From NCBI GenBank assembly GCA_026914245.1, contig CP110440.1:558001-622000 (forward strand): DNA of 64,000 nucleotides, in the 5' to 3' direction. Every line of letters starts with the position of its first letter. The stretch's first letter is position 1. This document shows, piece by piece, positions 39,101 through 51,985 of this stretch. Source of the DNA: Puccinia triticina (Eukaryota). The notes under the pieces are model-generated. The model was not told the DNA's origin and did not search any database. It saw only the letters and a list, made by a program, of their open reading frames with translations. The translations under genes were made by a program, and so were the position numbers.

Positions 39101-40371
39101 AACCAGCAGGACTCCAATCCTTAAGTAGAGAACCCACCGCGCCTCTTCTAACCTCCCACACTCCCCCGGCCCACGGACTTCACCCATCCCCTTGCCTTGC
39201 TCGCCCCCTGACATGTCCTTTGTGGGTGAGTTCCAGCCCATTGCCCCGCCCATTGCCCCATTGCCCCACCCAGCGTCCCCGCCCATTGCCCCGCCCAGCG
39301 TCCCCGCCCCAAGTGAACTCCCCCTCGTGCCTGTGGGTCCACTAATGCAGCCAATCTGAATCACGTGAACCGGGAAGCCACAGATCAGGGTGACAACCTC
39401 CCTTCTTGCACCAACCCCAACGCTGCAGATGTAAACCAATCTTGGTGAGACACCTGTCCAAGCAGACCTGGACGCTCAATTCAAAAGGCGGTTGATCTCC
39501 CATAAGTAGCTCAAGTTGGGCTTCTTGTTCTGCAATTGCCCCACTTACTAACCACAATCTCACCGCCCCCATATTCCCTTCCATTCTTTGACAATGTTTC
39601 ACTGCTTATTGTCCGCAGAAAAGCTTCCCTCTTCTCCCTTGTGTGACGAACCTCCACCACGCTATGCCTTAATGTCGCATGTTTCTTATTTCGCGTCCAC
39701 TCCTTGCCAACCCATTTATAGCAATGAAATGAGAGTCTATCCCACAATATCCATACCGCTGAGGCCCCCATCAGGCCCAGCAAAATAAGCCCCTTGTCTC
39801 GGAGGCCTAGTCCTTTTGAGAAAAAAAAAAACCAAAGAAACCCCTGTGATTGCGCCGCCTGAGAGATAGCTGCCCAGGCGACAGGGATTGAGTGTCCGCA
39901 GGCGTCGATGAGCGTCCGACGCTAACGTCCCTCTAGTCAAACATCCTGCCGGATCCATTGTGTCCCCCATGATGCCCCAGCGGCGCCCGCCAGCGGTGGG
40001 CCATGTCTTCCACCACGAAGGCCTGAAGGGGTTGGGATGAGAGCCCACCAGGCGACCGGATGACCCTCAAAAGGCCATCGCAGGTCATCCCTAACAGTCA
40101 TCATGACCCCCATGGCCCCCGCGCGCAGGACGCCAGGCAGGGCGCCAGGAGCCTGCCGGGGCCTGGCGTTTTGACCCGAGACTCAGATGAGGCGCCACCC
40201 CCCCCTGGGCGTCCCCGAGGCGCCCATCTGGGGGCGTTTCCGGGGCACCTATGTCCGACGCCGGGCCGGCATTCCGGGTCCCAGCGCCACGTGGGCGCGA
40301 TTCACTTGCAGGGCCACGGTGGCGCCAGCAGGGACAATTGGGGGGCGCCCCAATCATCCCGGTGTGTAGTA

Positions 40372-41183
40372 CAGTTGCGCAAGGCATCCTAACGTACAAG
40401 GAATACCCCCAGGGGACCCCCGTCTGTAATTCCAGGGTCTGAGTTTTTAATTTTTCCCGGTATTAATGACCGGTCATCAAGAGGTTTTATCCTCTTTGGT
40501 GGCCGGCTGACCGGTCATCAAGAGGTTTTACCCTCTTTGATGACTGGTCAGCTGGCCATTGAAAGGGGTTGTATCTCCTTTTATGACCGGTCAGCCGGCC
40601 ATCGAGAGGGGTTATATCCCTGTTGATGACCGGTCACAGCCGGCCATTGAGAGGGTTTGTATCCCTGTTGATGACCGGTCACAGACAGCCATTGGGAGGG
40701 GTTGTATCCCTGTCGATGACCGCTCAGCTGGCCATCAAAGAGAATAAACCCTCTTGATGACCGGTCAGCCGGTCATCAAGAGGTTGTATCCTTGCCTCTG
40801 CGATGACCGGCTGACTGGTCATCACCGGGACCAGAGGTCCTCCAATGGTCTAATCTATGGTATTACAGGTGTAACACATACATACATATGGCTTTAGCAT
40901 ATGTAAGCCCATAAATATGGCTTTAGCATATGTAAGCCCATAAATATGGCTTTACAGTTATATGTATTTGGGCCAGTGTCTGTAATGTGAGCCCCCCCCC
41001 AAAAAAAAAAAAATTGGCTGGTCAGAAACCTTAGCCCTCATAGAACTGGAATCTACAACCTCCAAAGAGCTCAAAAATGTCATTTAAATGACATAATGCT
41101 CATATGCGGAGTCGTAGATCCGGCCCGCGTTTGAAATGTCTTGTTGCAGGCAAGGCTGTACGGTAGGATGCCTTGCGCAACTG
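40372..41183. mobile_element. Tc1/mariner-type MITE with internal tandem repeats
   Basis: CAGTTGCGCAAGGCATCCT...AGGATGCCTTGCGCAACTG; TA TSD; about 42-bp GATGACCGGTCA units at 40465-40830. Confidence 0.85.
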
Positions 41184-41396
41184 TACTGAAGGACTTCCCA
41201 TTGCCTAAGGCTAAATGAGGGATCCATCAAACCTTGTTTGCTGGTGAAAACTTGATCTCAATCAATTTTCCCAGCCAGCAAGGTTTAGCCTTCCCCAGCA
41301 GATCAAGCATATTAGCCCACTGGAAGTCCTCCATTGTTTTTACAGTTGCTCCCTTGCAGGTCACTCCGCAACCGCGCTCGCGCGCCTCTTGAGAAG

Positions 41397-41861
41397 CAAC
41401 ATTGTAACAGCTGCGCTGCTTTTAGCGCAGCAAAGCGGTTAGCGCAGCGGTTTTTTGTGCCGCTGCGCGCAGCGGCCAGACTGCTGGGCTAACCGCTTTT
41501 TGTTTTCCTGGGAAAAAAAGAAAAATTTTAGCGCGCTAAAAACAGCGGTCACATAGCGCTGAACCGCTGCGCTTCAGCAGTAGCGCAGCGGTTTGAAAAA
41601 GAAGAAAGAAAATGGTCTAAATCATGTTAAAAGAGGTTTAACATTCAGTTAAATTCCGCTATCCGCTAAATTAGCGGATAGTGCAGCGGATTTCCACTTC
41701 CGCTGCGCTATTGCTAATTGCCCTCGGTGGGTAGCGGTCAACCGCTGCGCGTAGCGAGTAGCGCAGCGGTTTTTTCAACAGCTTCTGCTACTTGCCTCTG
41801 GGACGTAGCCATGTCGCTAAATGACCGCTTTTTTTAGCGCAGCGCAGCATTTACAACGTTG
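41397..41861. mobile_element. Palindromic MITE with 7-bp TSD (P-like)
   Basis: CAACATTGTAA...TTACAACGTTG; TGAGAAG duplicated at 41390-41396 and 41862-41868; many AGCGCAGCGG motifs. Confidence 0.8.
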
Positions 41862-42450
41862 TGAGAAGCCAAGGTTGGTAGTTTTTACCCCGCGTCAACA
41901 ATTATAGTGCACCAATCTGTACATCTGCCTCCTCCGGGACTCACCGGGAGCAACCAAATAAGCATGTTCCCCGGGGGAATCAGGAAGGGGGTCCAGCCCT
42001 AGTTGTTGCCGTGCTTCGTAGTTTCTTTGGCAAGGCAAGTATTCTAGCTTAACTAAGCCTCTCAAACGGAGGGTTCAGGGGACTTCGCCCGGAGGGCTCT
42101 CCTTAGGAGAGGCTTACTGGCTATCCCCTCAATTTTGGCGGGAGCAGAATTGATATTTAGTCCAAAAAAAACAAAAACAATCCTATCAAGTGTAATAAAA
42201 AAAAAATATAAAAAACCTGAGTAGACAGTCTTTTAGTCTTTCTGTTTGCGCACATTTTGACGTCTATGCCAACCTCTCAAACAAAAAACTCCAATCTCTA
42301 GTGGCAAAAGTATCCTGGACTCTAGTTTGAGGTAGCAAAACAAAATTCAAAACCATGTATTGGCTTCCGAAGATCCATCTGTGGATGCGCATTTACTGAC
42401 ACAGAATTTCTGATCATTGCCAACTTTTTTTGTTCCACCCACAAGGTGTA

Positions 42451-44018
42451 CACGGCGGTTGCATAGCGCGGTCAAAAGCGCCGCAAGTTCGGCCGTCAAA
42501 TTGACGGTCCCCCCTCAGCCATTGTTGACCGGAAAAAAACAGCCCCCGCGTCAGCCGTCAAATTGACGGCCGAATTGTCAGCCCGCCGACCAGAGAGCAG
42601 TTGGGCAAACAGCTGGCAAACCTTCCGGCCCGCCAAACCAAGCGGCAACTCAACGTCAACCCCGAGCCCGGTCACAAATGCAAACGGGCGCAGTTGTCCA
42701 CCGGCTGGCGGCAAACAGCCGCCAATTAGCCTGCCACTTCCCCCGCAACCTGATCTTGGTTTGGACACCCTCAGGTCAACTCGCGAGGCACTTGCAACAT
42801 TTTTTTCTTCTTTTTTCTTTTTCTTTTTGGTTTTTGAGTACAAAGATTAATCAAGCAGAAGGAAGAGATGCAAGAGAAGGGAGATGGAATATACTAACAA
42901 TAATGAATATCAAAGTAAGAAGGAGAATGTTGGACAACCTTGCAACTGGGCAAGGGCTGCTTATCTGTTGAGCAGAGGAATGAGAGCAGTCTGCTGGCTG
43001 GCTTTGCGGGCCGGTTTTGGCTGGAATTTGGAGTCAAGCCCCCCGATAGGCCGAGTAGTATGTGCTGAGTATCAGGTGGTTCAGACAGATGGTTAAGGAA
43101 TGATCCACGATATGCTTTGGTCGTTGTACCATCTTGTATAATAAAAACACCCATTTTTTTGTATATTTCAGGCATCTTTCCTTCCCTTTTTCTTGGTATG
43201 TGGGAAAGGATATGCTTACCTGATGAATGAGGAGATTAGCAACAGCCATTGCTCGAGATTGACGGGGATGCCGGCCATTTCACGGATGGCGGGCGTGAAG
43301 ACGGCAATCTTGACAATGTTTTTGTGGCGCGGTGGCTCGACCTTTGATTCTCCTGTTGTCAAGTCTCATATCCAAGCCGTCTAAGCCCAAACCTTCTCTC
43401 CAAGTCAAAAAAGGTTAGATGCAGTGGATGCCTAGAGTGCTTACTTGAGTGGAGTGAAGAAGGGAAGAGATCAGGGTCCAGATCTTGATACACTTACCGT
43501 TCACGATGATAGTAAATATCCTCAACAAGGCAGGCCGATCAAGGCTTGAGTGATTAGAATCAGCATCAGTAGTAGTGGTGGTGGAAGTGGGATATTCCAG
43601 CCAGTGATGAGTTCGTGGTTTTTGCAAATGGATGAGGGTGGACTCTGGAGGTGTGGAGGGTGACGTGTGCTCTGATGAGCGGACTTGGAAAAATGAGTGA
43701 GGGCCAAGGGTGATGTGTCCCTCTGATGAGCGGAGTTTGTACACCCAGCCCCCTCTGACCTTTTGGGTTAGGGCTGAGCCTTGCAGCATCTTGCCACCCA
43801 GATGTTTGGTCAATGTTGATTGTCGGCGAATTGACCAGGCAAGTTAACATAAAGTTAACATTAAGTTGCCTGAGTTCAAATGCCGGCGGGTGGGCTGGCT
43901 ATTTGGCTGTCAATTTGACAGCTGACGCGGGGGCTGGTAGCTGACCAGTCAAGCCGACCAATACTTGGCCCCTCACGTCAATTTGCTAACCAAAACTTTA
44001 ATATGTGCAACTGCCGTG
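42451..44018. mobile_element. CACGGC-ended TIR element with TA duplication
   Basis: CACGGCGGTTGCA...TGCAACTGCCGTG flanked by TA; subterminal GTCAAATTGAC motifs at both ends; appears to lie within a larger inverted pair (about 42080-42160 and 44455-44540). Confidence 0.75.
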
Positions 44019-44583
44019 TACACAAATTAATACGGAGTTGTGACAAGAGAGGGGTTGATGGAATGCTTCTTTCCCTGACTCAGACCTAACCAGAAGCTTT
44101 TGGACCTCGGAAACGATTAAAACTGGTGCTTCGAAGATGTCCGGCCAGAGCTGGCCAGAGCGGAGCAGGGTGATCACAGGATACTAAATATCAAATATCT
44201 ACAACCTGGAAAGCCTGCAAATTGATGGATCTGCAGGATCTACAAGCAATGCAGGCTTGTGAATCCTTGTGCAGGTCCAGTTTTTGAAAGGCCGTTGTTT
44301 GAAAAATTATTAAAAATACATCGATGGTGATAGAAAAATTCTGAGCTGACAGGATTGTAGAAGAGATGCTAAAGGTTCCGAAAGTTGTGGCTCAGAACTA
44401 TGGAGGGGCTGGGGACAGAGCTATTAAAAAGCTAAAAAACCTTACAGCCAAATTGTACTTTCTGCTCCCGCTTGAAATCTGAGATAATCCGCAATTAGTC
44501 CCTCCCTGCGGGAGGGGCCACTTCGCGGCCAGCACAGCGAGCCTCCCACCAGGTGGGACTTGCGTTAAGTTAGGCAAGTATTA

Positions 44584-44830
44584 GGGGGGTTCACATTAGC
44601 CTGATTTTGGCTGCTGGTCACGGATGGTTTCAAATCTCATGCACCCTTCCTGCATAAACTTAAAAAAAATACTGCATAAGCATTCCCTTCAGCAAGGCCT
44701 TTACAGGGGAGGTCTCGCTGAGAACTCTATTTATTTTCTAGAATATCCTTGCATAGACCTGCATGAGCAGCCATCAATTTTTAACAAGGTTTTTTGACTG
44801 ATTTCGAAATCAGCCTAACGTGAACCCCCC
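44584..44830. mobile_element. MITE ending 21 bp before the ATG of the secreted-protein gene
   Basis: GGGGGGTTCACATTAGCCTGATTT...AAATCAGCCTAACGTGAACCCCCC; TA flanks. Confidence 0.8.
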
Positions 44831-44851
44831 TATTTATGTAACGCTTCGAAG

Positions 44852-46576
44852 ATGAACTTCATTCTGAGGGTCAGTCTCCTCATGTTGATCATCCTCGTCG
44901 GCGAGCTGGCAGGCTCGGAAGCATGGACGGAGTACTTTAATGGTTGGGCCGAACGCGCGCCCGGGCTCAATGACATCTTCCCTCCCTCTTGTTCATCGGC
45001 GACCACGGTGGCTGGACAAGCTGATCACCATCAACCATCCTCAGCCGATCATTTATACCCTGTCGGTCTGCCAGCCGGGTCATCAGCTAGCCACCACTTG
45101 CCCCTCCCAGCCCATTATCCTGCCAAACCTGCTGCTGAAGAACGTCCCACCAACTCCCAGGCTGCTCTGAACGTGTCGGTTGACTATGACGAACTATGTG
45201 AACCCGGGTTCTGCGCCCACGACTTCGACGTCCTTGCAGAGTTCCTCGCAGGCGGAACACCAGGCCCACATGGCCAGGCACACCCTGGTCTGCCGCATCT
45301 ATCGGAAAGTCACAGCCATACCATCGGAGGCGGTCCGTCAGGCGTACCCGCCGCATCGGAGTATCCCTTCCCACCCTCATCCGACCTCACCCCCGGACCC
45401 AACCAAAGACCTCCTCGTAAGCGGAAGCAAGATCTCGAGACTTTGCCGGAACGCTCTCGTCAAATTACCCGCCAGAAGAAACCACGGCGCGGCAAAACCC
45501 GGTTGCACTGTCACATCCCAATTACTTCGCCTGGTATGCCGCACGTATGGGATAGTCATACTCATAAAATCGCAGGCCCTGGTTTGCCATACATGCCCAC
45601 CCTCTCGGGGTATTTATTCCCGCCCTCAGATCCCCGCCAGAAAAAGCCACGGGGCTCCCCAACCAAATTGGAGATCCCACTTCCTGATAGCCAACGGCAA
45701 GAGTTCTCTGAAAGGTTACATCCACAGGGAGCACTAGTGTTTTATTGGACTGACTTTGCACCTAATGATCCATCGGATCTCGTTCAACAAATGGAAGTAG
45801 ATCGGATCGTTACACAGCCCCAAGCGATCCGGAACAAGCAACTCGTCATCCCCGAAAGTGAATTCATCGATACCGATCGGTATCTTCGGTTTGTCCATAC
45901 GTCCAGGTCTTCAAAGCCACCCCGATCTGTCGATTTACGTGGTTCTGTCACTGTCAAGCCGCCCGGGTCTTTCGAGTCATGCACCGACGACAAAGCTGCA
46001 CACTACCCAGGTCCAAGAAGGAGGAGATTGGCGAAAAAACTGCTGGACTTTGTGCCTCATTATAGGCATTGGTATCAACATTGGTTCGATGAAACTGGGA
46101 TAGACTTTGAAAACAATCTCCTTGAACCTCACTTTACCGGTTGCCAGGACGCCGGGGTCCTCTTCCCCCTCTATCTCTTTTATGTTGAGATGATATATTC
46201 AATTGTACCGCGGAAGGAGGAGGTAACCCTGGAAATTGAACTAAACCGGGCCCGAGAATCCTTCAACTACTGGACAAAGATCTACAATGACCCAGATTCA
46301 CGCAGTAATCCGCAGTTCAAAGAGACCGTCGAAATACTCAGCAAACAGAAAGCTCGTCGCGGACCCATTAAATTTCTTCCACTCATGTGGAGTTATTTGG
46401 AGTTGTGGATGGTCACTCATAGGAATGGAGTTTTCCAGAAGGAGACAAATCATGTTTCAAAGTTAGTCAAAGAATTCTTTAATAATGTCTTCACCTATTC
46501 CTACTCAGCTCAGCATCACAGATACATTGATAGGATAACAGCTCAACAACCTGGCAAAATAGGTATGTTGTATTGA
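44852..46576 (+). CDS. Secreted 574-aa protein with NLS-like motifs, candidate effector
   Basis: Signal peptide-like MNFILRVSLLMLIILVGELAGS; Pro/His-rich N-half; PPRKRK, RQKKPRR, PRRRRLAKK; aromatic-rich C-terminal domain; intact intronless ORF. Confidence 0.8.
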   Translation: MNFILRVSLLMLIILVGELAGSEAWTEYFNGWAERAPGLNDIFPPSCSSATTVAGQADHHQPSSADHLYPVGLPAGSSASHHLPLPAHYPAKPAAEERPTNSQAALNVSVDYDELCEPGFCAHDFDVLAEFLAGGTPGPHGQAHPGLPHLSESHSHTIGGGPSGVPAASEYPFPPSSDLTPGPNQRPPRKRKQDLETLPERSRQITRQKKPRRGKTRLHCHIPITSPGMPHVWDSHTHKIAGPGLPYMPTLSGYLFPPSDPRQKKPRGSPTKLEIPLPDSQRQEFSERLHPQGALVFYWTDFAPNDPSDLVQQMEVDRIVTQPQAIRNKQLVIPESEFIDTDRYLRFVHTSRSSKPPRSVDLRGSVTVKPPGSFESCTDDKAAHYPGPRRRRLAKKLLDFVPHYRHWYQHWFDETGIDFENNLLEPHFTGCQDAGVLFPLYLFYVEMIYSIVPRKEEVTLEIELNRARESFNYWTKIYNDPDSRSNPQFKETVEILSKQKARRGPIKFLPLMWSYLELWMVTHRNGVFQKETNHVSKLVKEFFNNVFTYSYSAQHHRYIDRITAQQPGKIGMLY

Positions 46577-47323
46577 TTTGTTTTAATAGCAGCATGCCAA
46601 TTGTCTCATTGTTTCTCAATTGATTTAACAGACTATATCAACAGCTTGACAACATAATCACCATAGTTGCATATTGTAAATCAATCAAATTTGCTGTGCA
46701 TTTTAACCATCTACTGGATACTCAGGCTCACCTACAGTGAAAACAGTCTAAGGGCATCCCCCTTGGAGAACAAATTTTGGATGCCCTTATACAGACTATG
46801 CACATCTGGAGAAACCTCCCTAGGGGCATACCAATTCCCTGAGAAGAGCCTGTCTTAGGGCAAACAGTTATACCTATAGAAAGGGGTTTTTTTTTGTGGC
46901 TAAAATTGAATCATAAAACAGAATCTGAATTCCAAACAAGGTTAAACCTTAAACGTAAAAATATATAATAGAGTTTAGATAGAAATAGAATTTTGTATTG
47001 CCCCCCCCCCCCCCCCCCCCCCTACTAGCGGAGTTCCACACACAGGGTCACGGGTGACATAACCTCCTCACAGACTTGAAGTACTTAGACTTGACTTCCA
47101 GCTCAACTAGTTGGCAGAGAGCAATCCTCTCTCCCAACTAGGTGAGCCACCTTTTCTATCTTTCTCTCTCCTTCATCTGTTTCAAGCTTGTACTTACAAG
47201 AGAGCAATCCTCTCTCCCAACTAGAAATCCACAGTCAGTTTGGACCAGAATTCACAATGGCTCTGCCTAGTCCCTCAGCACCCCCTTCCTGAGTCATCTC
47301 CAGTGAGGGCCTACCAGCAAGGG

Positions 47324-47652
47324 TGGGCCAATACACTAATGTTATTTGTTAGTGTAGTGTATTTTAGCCAGAACCAGCTAACAATAACAACATTTCCTGT
47401 TATCTTGTTTTTTGTATTGCTAACAATACAGGGACTTGCCCAGGAAATAGTGATGGATAACAGCAATAACTGTAATTATTGTATCTTGTTAGTAGCAATA
47501 AAAGGCCTGTTATTGTTGTTATTGCTGTTATTTCCTGTTATTGTTAGTATGTATACTTGGATCTGAGATAACAAATAGCATGAATTTGGGAGTCAATAAA
47601 ATGGCTACACTAACAGTTATTGTCCAATAACGTTAGTGTAGTGCAGTGGCCC
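47324..47652. mobile_element. Degenerate MITE with GGGCCA termini
   Basis: GGGCCAATACACTAATGTTATT...AATAACGTTAGTGTAGTGCAGTGGCCC. Confidence 0.5.
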
Positions 47653-48007
47653 ATTGCTGCTACCAGACCCTTGTACATCCCCCCCCCCCCCACAATCAAT
47701 ACCATACAAAGTAAGCAATATGATCTGGTGTATCAGGACCAACATATTGTATTGGAATTGCATTGGGTTGCGGCCCAATGTGAACCAGGCTATTTGGCTT
47801 CACACTGCAAGCAGGTCGAGTTTTATACTTATACATTGTATTCAAGTATGTTTGAGAATCTTTATGAACTTCTAGTTGATTTCTTTTTCATTTATTTTTC
47901 ATTTTTAAACGGTTTACAATCACGAACTCCCCCCCCCCACGGAGTAATGGCTGATAATTGCTACCTAATGGAATTGGGATTTAAAAATGTAGAGTGAATA
48001 GTGTGGT

Positions 48008-48853
48008 TTAGGCCCTCTTGAATCGAGTGGGCGCAGTATGACCGAGGAGTTTGGCTTCTCGCTGGGAACGTTCCAAGGATTTTTGTTTGAGTGATCTGAT
48101 CCAACTATCAAGAATCCAAACAAACGTTTTGTCGGTTTCAGATGCCACAAGACGTTCCATTGCTTTCTTCCTGTTTAAAATTTCTTCCGATTTCTCCGAT
48201 TCGTCAATCTCCGCCAGCAGGTGTCGAACTTTGCGGACGGTTATGACTGATACTGTTCCATCGGCAGCAAGACTTCGAATCAGTTGACGCTTGAACTTGC
48301 TCATCGTCAGATAGACTCGCTCTTCCTCAGGTGTATACTGTTTACGCAGCCAAAGCGGCCTAGGCGGTGTATTCGGTACAAAAGGTGCGGTCGGATAGAT
48401 TTGGGCAAGATGGTCATCGTACATCTTCCGTCTCGACATGGGTCCTTCCTTTTCCAAGAGTTCCAGCACCTTCTTCTTGACATCCAACATCAGGACCTTA
48501 TCATCGGGAGAGTTTTTGTTGCCATCCTTGGGTGGAATAACGATTGGAGCGATAGTCACGCCAGCTATTTCAGAGTATGCGAGGGTATGTCAAGAGCCGA
48601 TCAACTGTTAATGAAAATTCGAAGTGACTAACCAGGTTTGGCGGTTGCGTATAGGCGTAGGGGAGCCGTGGTGGCGGGTAGCTGACTCCGAAACTGCGAT
48701 GGATGGGGCATGTTAGTGAGTAAGCTCGTTAAAGCAACCCCCAGCCGAATCGGGAGTTTTGGGCGTGTAACGGCGACCTACCACTTTGTTTGGGACGGCG
48801 TTGCGAGAGATGTGAGCCGCTGATCGACATGCGGAGCGGATGAAGGAAGCCAT
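48008..48853 (-). CDS. 229-aa hypothetical protein with a mitochondrial-type presequence
   Basis: Exons 48853-48782, 48693-48633, 48564-48008 splice in frame; N-terminus MASFIRSACRSAAHISRNAVPNKVFRSQLPATTAPLRLYAT is Arg/Ser/Ala-rich with no acidic residues. Confidence 0.75.
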
Positions 48854-49727
48854 CTGATGTGAGAGGAAACGAGGCAAGCTGGATGGAAATTTTAGTCGCG
48901 GTGGAACCCGCGGTGTACACCGCCTCCCCCGCCGGGTACGGGTAGGTTCCCGCCCGGGTACGGGTATACTCGCGTGACCGAAGGCGGCAACTCGGCAAAC
49001 TTTTGGGCTTTGTTTGGAGCGAACTTAGCACAAGTCCCTCGCCTGCCGGGGGGCGCGGCGCGAAGCGCCTCGCACGAAGTGCGACCTCCCGTCAGGGAGG
49101 GACTTGCATGGAATCCCTGATTCCTGGCGTGAGAGCCCCGCGTACAGCTCTTGGTTTTTGCAGGTGTCCAACTTTGTGCCCCCAAAAACCCCACTTCCCA
49201 AAAGAACTGAGTCCCGCCCCGGCTATCAAAGAAAGGCCTGCTTCTCCTCTTTAATTTGGCAGCAGTCACAGGCTGATAGCACTTGGTTCATGGCCTGGAG
49301 AGCAGTTTGAAAAGGGCCTCTTTTTGAGACGCATTCCTGCTGATGTAAGCAAGAATGCAGTATTCAACTGCCTTTCAATAGATTGAAACAGATTTTGATA
49401 CAAAGCCACATGTATTTACAAAAAAAAGTCCTCTCAATATGGTCCGCTTTTCTCAGTGTTTGAAAACTTCAAACGCAAGGATCAGGCCTTATATTGGCAG
49501 CTACAAGGCCTAAGTTGCATCAGAAGAAGCGCACTCCCAAGCACTTCTTAAGTCCTGAGGGGCAGCCTCAGCGGGCTGACGGTTGAGTTACAAAAAAGGA
49601 AAAAGTGAAAAAAAGCCTGATACAGGCTGATATTCCTGGGGCTCTCAGGCCAGATACAGGTTTTTGCAGCTAAGCCTCTCTGTGAGACAGAGAACCTACG
49701 GGGCTGCCTCACTGGGAGGCTTTGTTA

Positions 49728-50113
49728 AGCTTGTGTTTGGAGCCGATATAAATATAGGTGATATAATCATTGGTTAATTCAATGAAAACTACAAAATTCA
49801 ACATAAAGCCTCCAAATATTTTTTCTGGGCAACCTACAATACTGGTCTCTTCAATTATGAAGTCAGATTCAACTGATTCAGCCATATTCAGTACTGTAGT
49901 ACCATTATATTGCTTTTGACCAAAACAAAGCAATATAATGGTATTATGGTGTTGAAGATGGCTGAATCAGTTAAATCTGACTTCATAGTTGATGAGACCA
50001 GTACTGTAGGTTTCCTACAAAAAAAATTGGATTCTTTATGTTGAGTTTTGTATTTTTTATTGAATTTACAAGTGATTATATCACCTATATTTATATTGGC
50101 TCCAAACAGGGCC
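49728..50113. mobile_element. Palindromic Harbinger-like MITE
   Basis: Two about 190-bp inverted arms ending CCAAACAGGGCC; same family as 51986-53300. Confidence 0.75.
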
Positions 50114-50164
50114 TTGGCCTCCCACAGGGTTCCCCATTATCCGTAATTTTGTATATTCTATATA

Positions 50165-51960
50165 ACAACTCTCTGCTGATCAAAGATTTTTCTGTTTCTT
50201 GAGACTCAGTTTCAATAGGTTATGTAGATGACGTTGTCCATCTAGTTGCGGGGGCCTTGGCGGAAGAGCCAAAGGAAAGGTTGGTGGCTGAGGGATATTG
50301 GTCCTTACAGTGGGGTTATGCCCATGGGGCAATCTTTGACCAGGCCAAGGCCCAATTTTTATGGCTGACAAAGAGGAAGACACCCAGCGGCGACTTCCCT
50401 TTTGGTAATCACCTTCTGACCCCAACATCCGAGGTCAAATGGCTGGGAGTTTGGCTTGACAGCAAGTTGAAAGCCCACAAGACAATAAATCAGCTAAGAA
50501 TCTTTGGCAATTCTCAATGGGGCACTAAAGAAGCGGATAGGGCCAAACTGATCCGTTGTGTTCTATTCCCCAGAATCCTATATGGGGCCGAGTTGTGGGC
50601 CACCAACCCTAACAAAGCAAAGGTTGCTGCCTTGGCCTTGAAAGTCAACCGACTTGCAGGAATCTTCACCCTCGGAGTCTTCAGATCAACGTCTAACAGT
50701 TTCATCCAGACCAGATCAACAGTGTCAGATTTTTCTGTTGAAATTACTAGGACCAGTTTCTCTTTCTTCTATAGAAAACTTGTTGTGACCAAGGCTAACA
50801 AAGTCATACGCTCTCTCATCTTAAGCAGTAGGGCAGATACAGTGGCCCAGTTTGCAGACTCAGCAAGGGTTGGACTTGCCTCTAGCATTGTGGAGGAAGC
50901 CCTGGCGATGGATCCCGAAATAATCAAGCTGTCTTTTGACTTTAGGGCGTGTCCAGCTTGGGCTCTGAAGTTCTTGAACTTGGAGGCCCCTAAGGAGGCC
51001 GCAATCAATTCTGTTAAGTCGCTTGTTTCATCTCACAGTGGGTACCCAAAGACTTTGATCATTTTCAGTGATGGGTCTTTCCATCCGGAGAAAGGAGGTG
51101 CTGGAGCGGCAGTTTGTCCAGCTGCGAATATGTTCAGTTCGGTTTCGTTAGGGGCAACTCTCTTGTATCAAATCATGAGAGTGAGGCGGCAGGAGTCCTT
51201 GCGGCACTGGGATTGGCTAAAGAGTTATGTTTGGAAGACACACACCTCCTCTTTATCTTTGTTGACAACCAGGGTGTTATTAGAAGGATCAACAACCCCT
51301 TGGCCCCCAAACCAGGCCAGCAACTATTCTTGGAAATCGATGAAGCATTAGCAGCGCTTCCAGGTGATCTGGAGGTGACCTTTGTATGGTGCCCAGGTCA
51401 TAGGGACATCCTTGGAAATGAAATGGCTGATGAACTAGCAAAAGATGCGCTGGAGTCCCCCTCAGCGCAACACATGGTGGTCAAGAGCAATTTTAAGAAG
51501 GTTCATCGAAACGCCCTGGCAGGCCTCCCCTCAAAGAGATTGTCACCCTCGGGTCTCCACATTGCTTTTAGCTCTTTGACAAACCAGCTGGCTTCGGGTC
51601 ATTGCGCACTGAATCACCATCTCTTTTGTATACACAGGTCTTTTGATCCCCTGTGCCCCAATTGTGGGGCCAGGGAAACGGTTGTTCACCTCATGAACTT
51701 TTGCCCAAAGGCTAAAAACCTTAGGGTGGCTCTTTGGAAACATTTTCAACTTCGTCGGGTCCGCTTCAGGGCGGAACGACTTGATTCGATTCTTGGAAAC
51801 CAGAAGGCTGAAGTGGCCTTGGCAAGATTCCTTCAAGACTCAAGATGTTTCTCGGATCACTTTCCCAAATAATATTTCCTCCAACACATCTTGTTTTTGG
51901 TCTCCTTTCTTTTCCTTTTTTGTTCTTTGCATATCCTCAGTTCCCCTCCACCCTTATAAC
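50165..51960 (+). mobile_element. 5'-truncated LINE (Tad1/I-like): RT C-terminus, RNase H, Cys/His knuckle
   Basis: SIGYVDDVVHL; KWLGVWLDSKL; IFSDGS; FVDNQG; WCPGHRDILGNEMADELAK; CPNCGARETVVHLMNFCP; frameshifts near 50250 and 51150. Confidence 0.9.
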
Positions 51961-51985
51961 ACTAGCATCATTTGTAGTTGTGTTA

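Noticed and set aside
40465..40830. Regularly spaced repeats resembling a CRISPR array (also 52600-52880 and 58975-60225)
   Set aside because: No unique spacers, no cas genes, eukaryotic context; the first two sets lie inside TIR-bounded elements
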